From an uncultured Methylomirabilota bacterium (GTDB taxonomy: Bacteria > Methylomirabilota > Methylomirabilia > Methylomirabilales > 2-02-FULL-66-22): a DNA stretch of 64,000 bases. The position numbers and the translations under genes were made by a program. Under the pieces are notes generated by a model. It was not told the DNA's origin, did no database searches, and worked only from the letters and a program-made list of their open reading frames with translations. This document shows positions 55,078 through 64,000 of this stretch, piece by piece. The first letter of the stretch is position 1. Each line of letters starts with the position of its first letter. The stretch spans positions 512,001 to 576,000 of the forward strand of contig CAWJSJ010000005.1 in assembly GCA_963845565.1 (NCBI GenBank), in the 5' to 3' direction.

Positions 55078-55744
55078 GAATCCACGCACCTGCACGCCGT
55101 CCCGGCCGGTTGGTGGGTAGGGATTGCGATCGGCACGCGTGCTCGTGCCTGGTGCGGTCGTGCTGGATCGCGACCTGATGGCCGCGCTCCGGCCTCACGG
55201 CCAGGCGGGGCTCGTGGGCTTGATGGGGTGGGTGACGTGGCTTGGGTACGGGCTGGTGGATATCGCGATTCCGCTGGCGATCGGCCTGCGGGCGTGGTGG
55301 CGGGCCGACGCCGCCGCCCTGCGGCGCGGCCTCTTGGGCGGGCTGGCCGTGGCCCTGGCGGGAATCCTGGACCAGCTCCTCAAGAACCTGGTTTGCCGGG
55401 CGCGGCCGAACGCGGCGGCAGCCGGCGCGTTCCTGGCCGTCTTTCCCTGCTTTCCGGCGCCCTACGCCCTGGCCTCGTTTCCATCCGGGCACGCCACCAC
55501 GGCGTTCGCGCTGGCGACGGTGCTCTCCCTGTGGTATCCGAAGGGATGGTGGGCGTGGGGCGCTCTGGCGGCGCTGGTGGGCTGGTCCCGCATCGTCCTG
55601 GGGTCGCATTTCCCGTCGGATGTCCTGGCCGGGGCCGTGCTGGGGTGCGCGGTGGTGCTGGTCTGCGTCCGGTGGTGGCCCGGATTCGTCGGGGTGCCGG
55701 GACAATGCAAAACCGACAACCGACAACCGAGAACCGATCAATGA
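55075..55744 (+). CDS. PAP2 family membrane phosphatase; probable +1 frameshift near 55137
   Basis: KNLVCRARP, SFPSGH and SRIVLGSHFPSDV motifs; the N-terminus MESTHLHAVPAGWWVGIAIG lies in an adjacent frame. Confidence 0.8.
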
Positions 55745-55791
55745 TGGAGGCGTTTTCCGGTTTCGCACTCTAAGTTGTCCGTTTTGCTTTG
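55703..55791. repeat. AACCGAN heptamer palindrome, copy 6
   Basis: CAATGCAAAACCGACAACCGACAACCGAGAACCGATCAATG...GTTGTCCGTTTTGCTTTG. Confidence 0.88.
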
Positions 55792-55853
55792 ACGGTGCGT
55801 TTCAGTCGGGTATCATGAGAGCCATCAGATCGGATTGCGGCGGGGGGTTTTCC

Positions 55854-56072
55854 ATGGATGTGACTCTGCCACTTGACCAGATGACGACCGCAGAAAAGCT
55901 CAACGCACTCGAGGCGATCTGGGAGAGCCTTTGCCGGAGGCCAGATGACGTTCCGTCTCCGTCCTGGCACGCGGATGTCCTGAGGAATCGAGAGCAGCGC
56001 GTCCAGGACGGGTCTTCTCAGTTTATCGACTGGGCCGAGGCGAAACAGAGCATCCGAGACTCCACGAAGTGA
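55854..56072 (+). CDS. Addiction module antitoxin (TIGR02574-like)
   Basis: 72 aa: MTTAEKLNALEAIWESL...PSWHADVLRNRE...IDWAEAK; GTGA overlap with the toxin gene. Confidence 0.85.
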   Translation: MDVTLPLDQMTTAEKLNALEAIWESLCRRPDDVPSPSWHADVLRNREQRVQDGSSQFIDWAEAKQSIRDSTK

Positions 56073-56359
56073 AGGTCCAGGTTCTTGACGAGGCGCAGCA
56101 AGACCTGGCCGCCGGCTGCCGTTTCTACGAGAGCCAGGTTACAGGTCTGGGTGATTACTTCCTCGATTCCCTATTCTCCGACATCGATTCTCTGCAATTC
56201 TGTGCTGGCGTTCACGCCAGGCATTTCGGCTACAACCGCCTTCTCTCCAAGCGTTTTCCCTTCGCTGTCTACTATCGCGTCGACAAGGGTATCGCGCGGG
56301 TATATGCCGTTCTGGATTGCCGCCGAGATCCATCCTGGACTCGCGACCGGTTGATATGA
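56069..56359 (+). CDS. RelE/ParE family toxin
   Basis: 96 aa: EAQQDLAAGCRFYE...LGDYFL...KRFPFAVYY...AVLDCRRDP. Confidence 0.85.
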   Translation: MKVQVLDEAQQDLAAGCRFYESQVTGLGDYFLDSLFSDIDSLQFCAGVHARHFGYNRLLSKRFPFAVYYRVDKGIARVYAVLDCRRDPSWTRDRLI

Positions 56360-56450
56360 GCCCGCCGTGTTATTCCATGCCGCGTGACGTTGGCCATCCA
56401 AGTCCTACTCCTCGCGGCGACCGGCCTCACGCCCTGCCGGGACGCTGGGG

Positions 56451-56540
56451 CAATGCAAAACCGAAAACCGACAACCGAGAACCGATCAATGACGGAGACG
56501 GTTGTTCGGTTGTCAGTTATCGGTTGTCGGTTTGAACTTG
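56451..56540. repeat. AACCGAN heptamer palindrome, copy 7
   Basis: CAATGCAAAACCGAAAACCGACAACCGAGAACCGATCAATGAC...TTCGGTTGTCAGTTATCGGTTGTCGGTTTGAA. Confidence 0.92.
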
Positions 56541-56594
56541 GCTTTGGTTCCGAGCCTGGCGGTTGCGTGGACCGGACGACTCCGCGGTGTGCTA

Positions 56595-56623
56595 TGGACT
56601 GAATGCATCAACCGTTGTATTCT
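56595..56623 (+). promoter_or_regulatory. Sigma70-like promoter in the spacer between repeat copies 7 and 8
   Basis: TGGACT-N17-TATTCT facing the polyprenyl synthase-lepA-lepB genes. Confidence 0.45.
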
Positions 56624-56681
56624 AACCTGCCGTCAAAACGCTCGGGCGCGCAACGTCGGAGATGCCGGGTTGGGGAAAGCA

Positions 56682-56760
56682 CCATGCAAAACCGACAACC
56701 GAGGACCGATCAATGACGGAAACGGTTGTTCGGTTGTCAGTTATCGGTTGTCGGTTTGAA
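56682..56760. repeat. AACCGAN heptamer palindrome, copy 8
   Basis: Core differs from copy 7 at only two positions over about 70 nt; one fewer left-arm unit. Confidence 0.92.
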
Positions 56761-56792
56761 AATGACTGTTGTGACTGGAGCGACTGATTCTC

Positions 56793-57782
56793 ATGGCCGG
56801 CGTGGCGACGCATAACGGGCTCTTCCTCGTCATCTCGCGTGAACTGCGGGAAGTCGAGGAGCGCCTGCAGACCCCGGTCGAGGACAACGGGGCGTTGCTG
56901 GCGGTCGTGGCGCGATATGCGCTGGCCTCGGGCGGGAAGCGGATCCGCCCCGCCCTGCTCTTGCTCGCCGCCAAGGCGTGTGGCGCGGACGGGTGCGACC
57001 GCGGCATCACGCTCGCCTCGGCGACGGAGATGATGCACGCCGCGACCCTCTTGCACGACGACATCGTGGATCGCGCCGCCACGCGGCGGGGACGCCCCTC
57101 GGCGATGGCCCGCTGGGGGGCGGACGTCTCGGTGCTGGTCGGGGACTTCCTCTACTCCCGGGCGATCCAGGACCTGGTGGCCGATCGGGACCGGCGCATC
57201 CTGCGGGCGTTCGCGGACGCCACGGTGGCCATGACGGAGGCGGAGGTCCTCCAGTTGCAGCTCCTCCGCGACCTCGGCATCGGCGAGGCGGACTACCTCA
57301 AGATCGTGACGGGAAAGACCGCGGCCCTGATGTCGGCCGCCTGCCGGGCCGGCGCCCTGATGGCCGATGCGCCGGAGGTCATGGTGGAGGCCCTGGCGTC
57401 CTTCGGCCTGAACCTGGGGATCGGATTCCAGCTGGTGGACGACGCGCTGGACTACATCGCGCGGGAAGAGCGCCTGGGGAAGCCGGTGGGCAGCGACTTC
57501 CGGGAGGGCAAGATCACCTTTCCCGTGATGCACGTGATGAAGCACGCCGGACCCGAAGAGCGGGCACGCCTGAAGTCCCTCGCCGTCCGGGACGATCTGG
57601 GAGACGACGACCTCGCCCCGCTGCGTGAGATGGTGGACCGCTACGCGGCCGTACCGGCCACCATGGAGCTGGTGGACGAGTACCTTGCCCGCGCCCGCGC
57701 GCGCCTCGACCCGGTGTCCGACTCGCCGGCTCGCCACACCCTCCACCGCCTGGTAGATTTCGTCCGCGAGCGCGACTGGTGA
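56793..57782 (+). CDS. Long-chain trans-polyprenyl diphosphate synthase (IspB/HepT-like)
   Basis: GGKRIRP, ATLLHDDIVD (FARM), RRG, GKTA, FQLVDDALD (SARM). Confidence 0.92.
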   Translation: MAGVATHNGLFLVISRELREVEERLQTPVEDNGALLAVVARYALASGGKRIRPALLLLAAKACGADGCDRGITLASATEMMHAATLLHDDIVDRAATRRGRPSAMARWGADVSVLVGDFLYSRAIQDLVADRDRRILRAFADATVAMTEAEVLQLQLLRDLGIGEADYLKIVTGKTAALMSAACRAGALMADAPEVMVEALASFGLNLGIGFQLVDDALDYIAREERLGKPVGSDFREGKITFPVMHVMKHAGPEERARLKSLAVRDDLGDDDLAPLREMVDRYAAVPATMELVDEYLARARARLDPVSDSPARHTLHRLVDFVRERDW

Positions 57783-57793
57783 TTTTGGCATGT

Positions 57794-57863
57794 GTTCAAC
57801 GTTCGACGTACGGCGTTCAACGTTGGGCCTCGAACCTCGACCGCTGAACGTTGCATGGTGAAC
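57794..57863. repeat. GTTCAAC heptamer palindrome directly upstream of lepA
   Basis: Left GTTCAAC GTTCGAC GTACGGC GTTCAAC; right CTCGAAC CTCGACC GCTGAAC GTTGCAT GGTGAAC. Confidence 0.75.
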
Positions 57864-57871
57864 GGCTGCTC

Positions 57872-59671
<1,800 letters not shown>

Positions 59672-59674
59672 CCA

Positions 59675-60346
59675 ATGAGTAAACGAGCGCGGGACGACGA
59701 GTCTACGGACAAGGCGATCATCACGGCGCCCCGATCCAAGTCGGTGGTGCGGGAATACGCCGAAGCCCTGATTGTCGCGGTCCTTCTGGCGCTGGTGATC
59801 CGTACCTTTGTGGTCCAGGCCTTCAAGATCCCCTCCGGATCCATGCTGCCGACGCTGCAGATCGGCGACCACATCCTGGTGAACAAGTTTCTCTTTTATT
59901 TTCGCCCCGTCCACCGCGGGGATATCATCGTCTTCAAATTTCCCCAGGACGAAACGCGAGACTTCATCAAGCGCGTGATCGGCCTCCCCGGGGAGACCGT
60001 GGAGATTCGCGGCAAGGAGGTGCTCGTCAACGGCAAGCCGCTGGACGAGCCGTACGCGGTGTACGGGGACTGGCCGATGGGCCGCCTGGGCGAGCGGGAG
60101 AAGTTGGGGCCGATCGTCGTCCCGCCCGAACGCCTGTTCATGATGGGGGACAACCGGGACCATAGCATGGATAGCCGGGTGTGGGGGTTTCTGGACGTCA
60201 ACAAGGTCAAAGGGAAAGCGTTCATCGTCTACTTCTCGGTCCGGAGCGACGATATCCCCTACGGATCGGCCGTGATGAGCATTCTCCATGTGCTGTCGCA
60301 TCCCACGATGATTCGGTGGAACCGGTTGGGGAGCCTGGTGCAGTGA
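59675..60346 (+). CDS. lepB: Signal peptidase I
   Basis: IPSGSMLPTL, FIKRVIGLPG, MGDNRDHSMDSR. Confidence 0.96.
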   Translation: MSKRARDDESTDKAIITAPRSKSVVREYAEALIVAVLLALVIRTFVVQAFKIPSGSMLPTLQIGDHILVNKFLFYFRPVHRGDIIVFKFPQDETRDFIKRVIGLPGETVEIRGKEVLVNGKPLDEPYAVYGDWPMGRLGEREKLGPIVVPPERLFMMGDNRDHSMDSRVWGFLDVNKVKGKAFIVYFSVRSDDIPYGSAVMSILHVLSHPTMIRWNRLGSLVQ

Positions 60347-60358
60347 GGAGTGAAGCCT

Positions 60359-60488
60359 TCAGCGATCAGCAGTCAGCAGTCAGCGGTCAGCCAAAGAGAA
60401 ATTCGCAAAGCGTGATCGGGGAACGGCTTTCAGGCAGCGCGCGGCCGTGTCTATTTGTTGACCGCTGACCGCTGAAAGCTGAGCGCTG
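60359..60488. repeat. TCAGCNN / GCTGANN heptamer palindrome
   Basis: Five TCAGC units at 7-nt spacing (60359-60391) and five inverted GCTGA-like units (60457-60488). Confidence 0.88.
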
Positions 60489-60507
60489 TTTCGCCCCCCC
60501 CGGCGCC

Positions 60508-60536
60508 TTGACAACCTTCCGTCGCTTGTCTATAGT
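60508..60536 (+). promoter_or_regulatory. Sigma70 promoter of the hrcA operon
   Basis: TTGACA-N17-TATAGT. Confidence 0.85.
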
Positions 60537-60545
60537 GGAGCTGTC

Positions 60546-60572
60546 CTGGCACTCTCGTTAGGTGAGTGCCAA
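60546..60572. promoter_or_regulatory. CIRCE operator
   Basis: CTGGCACTC-N9-GAGTGCCAA versus consensus TTAGCACTC-N9-GAGTGCTAA, just upstream of hrcA. Confidence 0.92.
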
Positions 60573-60590
60573 GGTGCCGAGGTTACAGGC

Positions 60591-61622
60591 ATGATGAACG
60601 ATAGACATCAGGGTGTGCTCCGTGCCATCGTGCAGGACTACATCCGCACGGCGGAACCGGTCGGGTCGCGCACCCTCTCGCGGAAGTATGGATTCTCGCT
60701 GAGTCCCGCGACCATTCGGACGATCATGTCCGACCTGGAGGAGTCCGGGTACGTCGCCCAGCCGCACACGTCGGCGGGTCGGGTGCCCACGGACAAGGGG
60801 TATCGTCTCTACGTCGACAATCTGATGGATCGAGCACCGCTCAGCCGCGAAGAGGTGGAGCGGATCGAGCAGCGCGTGGGCCCCTCGGCGGCCGAGGCGG
60901 ACGATCTCTTGCGTGAGGCGGGGAAGCTGCTGTTCGCCCTCTCTCCCTATGTCGCCGTCGCCTTGGCGCCGCGGCTCCAGGACAGCCGCTTCCAGCGCGT
61001 CGAGTTCGTGTCGCTGGCGCGGGATCGGGTGCTGGTGATCCTGCTGGCGGATTCCGGACTGGTGCACCACAAGACGATCATGGTGGAGGAGGTCGTCACG
61101 CAAGACGACCTGGACCGGATGGCCCGATACCTCTCGGATCTGCTCAAGGGGCGGACGCTCCACGAGGTGCGCGACCTCTTGGTTGCGCAGATGGCCGAGG
61201 AAAAGGCCCTCTACGACCGGCTGCTGGCCCAAGCCCTGCGGCTCGGGGCGCAAGCCCTGGCGGGGGACACGGAAGCGGACGTATACGTGGCCGGGGCGGC
61301 ACGCATCGCGGATCAACCGGAGTTTGCCGACATTCAGAGAATGAAATCGCTCTACACCGCGTTCGAGGAGAAGTCGAAGCTGGTGATCCTGCTGAGCGAG
61401 TGTCTGCGGGGCGGGGGATGTCGAATCTTCATCGGCAGCGAGATCCCGGTTCAGGACATCCAGGACCTCAGCGTGGTCGCCTCCCCCTATCGCCGGCAGG
61501 GGCAGATCCTGGGTGTCCTGGGCGTTCTGGGACCCACCCGGATGGATTACGGCCGGACGGTGGCCCTGGTGGAGACGACGGCCAATCTCCTCAGTCGATC
61601 GTTGTCGGAGCAGGCGGCGTAG
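60591..61622 (+). CDS. hrcA: Heat-inducible transcription repressor HrcA
   Basis: EPVGSRTL, SPATIR, QPHTSAGRVPTDKGYR, GPTRMDY. Confidence 0.97.
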   Translation: MMNDRHQGVLRAIVQDYIRTAEPVGSRTLSRKYGFSLSPATIRTIMSDLEESGYVAQPHTSAGRVPTDKGYRLYVDNLMDRAPLSREEVERIEQRVGPSAAEADDLLREAGKLLFALSPYVAVALAPRLQDSRFQRVEFVSLARDRVLVILLADSGLVHHKTIMVEEVVTQDDLDRMARYLSDLLKGRTLHEVRDLLVAQMAEEKALYDRLLAQALRLGAQALAGDTEADVYVAGAARIADQPEFADIQRMKSLYTAFEEKSKLVILLSECLRGGGCRIFIGSEIPVQDIQDLSVVASPYRRQGQILGVLGVLGPTRMDYGRTVALVETTANLLSRSLSEQAA

Positions 61623-61684
61623 CTCGGCACACCTCTTTCTTGCGGGAGGACCTGCGGGTCCTCCCGTTCTGTCTGTAGGGAGTC

Positions 61685-62278
61685 ATGGAACCGACTATCG
61701 AATCGGAAGTTCCGTCGTCCCCATCAGGCGAGCCGGCGAGCGCGGCCACCCCCGCTCCGGCCGCCGCACCCGGGCCGGAGGAGGCGCTGGCCGCCAAGGC
61801 GCAAGAGGCGGAGCGCCTGCAGGATCGACTCCTGCGGCTCCAGGCGGAGTTCGACAATTACAAGAAGCGGATGGCCCGCGAGAAGGCGGAGTTCCTCAAG
61901 TTTGCCACCGAGGGCCTGCTGCTGGAATTCCTCCCCGTGCTGGACAACCTGGAACGCGCCCTGGTCTCGGCGCGGGCCGGATCGGCCAACCGCGAGGCCG
62001 TCGCGGACGGGATCGAGATGATCGTCCGCCTGTTCCGCTCGACCCTGGACAAGGCCGGGGTGAAACCGCTGGAGGCGGCCGGTCAACCCTTCGATCCCGG
62101 TCTGCACCAAGCCATCGCGCAGGTCGAAACTGCCGACGGGCCGGAGAACCTGGTCGTGGAAGAGGTCCAGAAGGGGTATCTCCTGGAGGGGCGCGTACTG
62201 CGCGCGGCCATGGTCAAGGTGTCGCGTTCCGCATCGGCGACAGGCAGCGGCGCGGAGAATGAGGGCGCGGGCGCGTGA
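61685..62278 (+). CDS. grpE: Nucleotide exchange factor GrpE
   Basis: [31 protein letters not shown]...RAAMVKV. Confidence 0.96.
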   Translation: MEPTIESEVPSSPSGEPASAATPAPAAAPGPEEALAAKAQEAERLQDRLLRLQAEFDNYKKRMAREKAEFLKFATEGLLLEFLPVLDNLERALVSARAGSANREAVADGIEMIVRLFRSTLDKAGVKPLEAAGQPFDPGLHQAIAQVETADGPENLVVEEVQKGYLLEGRVLRAAMVKVSRSASATGSGAENEGAGA

Positions 62279-63384
62279 GTCAGAAGCGGGATTACTATCA
62301 GGTCCTGGGGGTCTCGCCCGAAGCCGCCCCCGACGAGATCAAGAAGGCGTACCGGAAGCTCGCGCATCTCCATCACCCGGACAAGAATCCCGGCGATGCG
62401 GCGGCGGAGGACCGCTTCAAGGCGATCGGTGAAGCGTATGCGGTCCTGGGCGACGCCGAGAAGCGCGAAGCCTACGACCGCTTCGGGACCGCCGGCCCCG
62501 GTCGCGGCGGCGAGGGCTTCGGCGACTTCGACCCGGGCTTCGGCAGCATCTTCGACGACATCTTCGAGGGGTTTTTCGGGGGGCGGTCCGGCCGCACCGG
62601 GCGGAGCGCCCACCGCGGGGCGGACCTGCGGTATAACCTGGAGATCCGCTTCGAGGAGGCGGCCACCGGCGTCGAGAAAGAGATCGTCATCCCCCGGCTG
62701 GAGACCTGTGCGACCTGCCGGGGCAGCGGGGCCAAGCCCGGCTCGCAGCCGACGGTCTGCAAGAACTGCCGCGGGACGGGTCAGGTGCGGTTCTCGCAGG
62801 GATTCCTGACGGTCAGCCAACCCTGCGGCCGTTGCCGCGGTGAGGGGCGCATCGTCGAGCATCCCTGCCAGACCTGTCGCGGGCTGGGCCAGACCAAGGC
62901 CGAGCGAACCTTGACGGTGAAGATCCCGGCCGGTGTGGAGACCGGCACCAGGCTGAAGCTGGCCGGCGAGGGGGAGGTGGGCGTGCGGGGCGGCCCGCCC
63001 GGGGATCTGTACGTCGTCGTGGCCGTGAAGGAGCATTCGCTCTTCACCCGGCACGGCGACGACGTCTACTGCGAGGTGCCCGTCAGCTTCAGTCAGGCCG
63101 CCCTGGGGGCGCAGATCGAGATCCCGACGATCTCGGGGCGCGCCACCCTCAAGATCCCGCCGGGAACCCAGACCGGGGCCGAGTTCCGCATGCGCGGCAA
63201 GGGGTTCCCGAACGTGCGCGGGTACGGTCAGGGCGATCTGCTGGCGCGGATCTTCGTCGAGGTCCCCGCGCATCTGTCGGCCAAGCAACGCGACCTGCTG
63301 GAACAGTTCGCGAAACTGGAGAACAGCGAGGGGAGCCCGCTGGTTCAGGGGTTCTGGGACAAGGTCAAGGCCCTCTTCGAGTGA
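62275..63384 (+). CDS. dnaJ: Chaperone DnaJ
   Basis: J domain with HPD, G/F region, four CxxCxGxG repeats. Confidence 0.97.
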   Translation: MSQKRDYYQVLGVSPEAAPDEIKKAYRKLAHLHHPDKNPGDAAAEDRFKAIGEAYAVLGDAEKREAYDRFGTAGPGRGGEGFGDFDPGFGSIFDDIFEGFFGGRSGRTGRSAHRGADLRYNLEIRFEEAATGVEKEIVIPRLETCATCRGSGAKPGSQPTVCKNCRGTGQVRFSQGFLTVSQPCGRCRGEGRIVEHPCQTCRGLGQTKAERTLTVKIPAGVETGTRLKLAGEGEVGVRGGPPGDLYVVVAVKEHSLFTRHGDDVYCEVPVSFSQAALGAQIEIPTISGRATLKIPPGTQTGAEFRMRGKGFPNVRGYGQGDLLARIFVEVPAHLSAKQRDLLEQFAKLENSEGSPLVQGFWDKVKALFE

Positions 63385-63397
63385 GGCCGGCTGCCCC

Positions 63398-64000
63398 GTG
63401 GGACGCGCGCATCATCGACGTTTCTTCCTCTCTCCCGAGGGGCTGGCGGGGGGCCAGGCGGCGTTCGGCCCTGCGCAGGCCCACCAGCTTGTCTCCGTCC
63501 TGCGCCTCGGCGCGGGCGACCTGATCGCGGTCTTCGACGGCACCGGTCGAGAGTGGACCGCGGAGCTGACGCAGGCCACGCCCCGACGCGCGCAGGCCCG
63601 CCTGCTGGCGGAACACCCCCCGGAGACTCCGCCCCGTCTTGCCGTCACCCTGGCACAGGTCGCGCCCCGCGGGGCGGCCATGGACCTCATCGTGGCCAAG
63701 GCCACCGAGCTCGGCGTCTCGCGCATCGTCCCCCTGGAGGCGGAGCACAGCGTGCGGCGGACCGCCGCCTCCGGGGGCGAGGCCCGCTGGCGTCGGATCA
63801 TCATGGAGGCGACGGAGCAGTGCGGGCGTCGCCGGCTGCCCGAGTTGGCACCCGCCTGCGCCGTGGAGCAATACCTCCGGATGGATCCGCCGAGCCCGGT
63901 GCTCCTCGTCTGCGACCAGGGCGGCGGCGCTCGGCCGCTGGCCGAGGTGTGCGGGACGTTGCTCGGCGCCGCCGAGGTGACGGTCTTGGTCGGCGGCGAG
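63398..64000 (+). CDS. rsmE: 16S rRNA m3U1498 methyltransferase (partial, runs off the window)
   Basis: Frame open from GTG 63398 to the end: HQLVSVLRL, VFDGTG, KATELGV, EATEQCGR; absent from the ORF track because there is no stop. Confidence 0.9.
   Translation, partial: MGRAHHRRFFLSPEGLAGGQAAFGPAQAHQLVSVLRLGAGDLIAVFDGTGREWTAELTQATPRRAQARLLAEHPPETPPRLAVTLAQVAPRGAAMDLIVAKATELGVSRIVPLEAEHSVRRTAASGGEARWRRIIMEATEQCGRRRLPELAPACAVEQYLRMDPPSPVLLVCDQGGGARPLAEVCGTLLGAAEVTVLVGGE

Noticed and set aside
56317..56759. Small ORFs containing KTDNREPIN / VVSYRLSV
   Set aside because: Translations of the heptamer repeats; no RBS or coding bias.
55026..56760. CRISPR array or classical integron
   Set aside because: Repeats are 75-90 bp and variable, spacers range from about 140 to 660 bp, no cas or intI gene is in the window, and there are no attC core-site ends.

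Overview
High-GC chromosomal segment from a diderm bacterium. Gene content and order resemble Methylomirabilota (NC10), Nitrospirota or delta-proteobacteria-like genomes; this taxonomy is a guess. 1-16 kb (minus strand) is a type IVa pilus locus: pilB-pilT-pilC-pilS-pilR, a frameshifted O-antigen-ligase/TPR gene, a sigma54-driven pilA, a large membrane/spermidine-synthase-like/TPR fusion, and an ABC exporter. Next come an internally deleted aroE remnant, amtB-glnD, an amino-acid racemase, TauE and Rrf2. A long plus-strand housekeeping run follows: radical SAM, RNase E/G, rplU-rpmA-obgE-proBA-nadD-rsfS, dksA-like, TPR-Ser/Thr kinase, comF, gap-pgk-tpiA-secG, oppABC-like and patB-like. After tRNA-Leu(GAG) come signalling genes, the methylmalonyl-CoA mutase large subunit, an FG-GAP protein, a doubly frameshifted porin, PAP2, a toxin-antitoxin pair, a polyprenyl synthase, lepA-lepB and CIRCE-hrcA-grpE-dnaJ-rsmE. 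The most unusual signal is non-coding. From 40 to 60.5 kb many intergenic gaps hold palindromic elements whose arms are degenerate 7-nt (once 8-nt) tandem repeats. Several unrelated sequence families share this one architecture. The AACCGAN family has 8 copies and forms a repeat-PAP2-repeat-TA-repeat-promoter-repeat array at 55.0-56.8 kb that resembles a gene-cassette array, with no integrase in the window. Also notable: a probable AUC start codon for rsfS, a long structured porin leader, and four +1 frameshifts that look like systematic sequencing errors. All calls come from reading the sequence; no searches were run.
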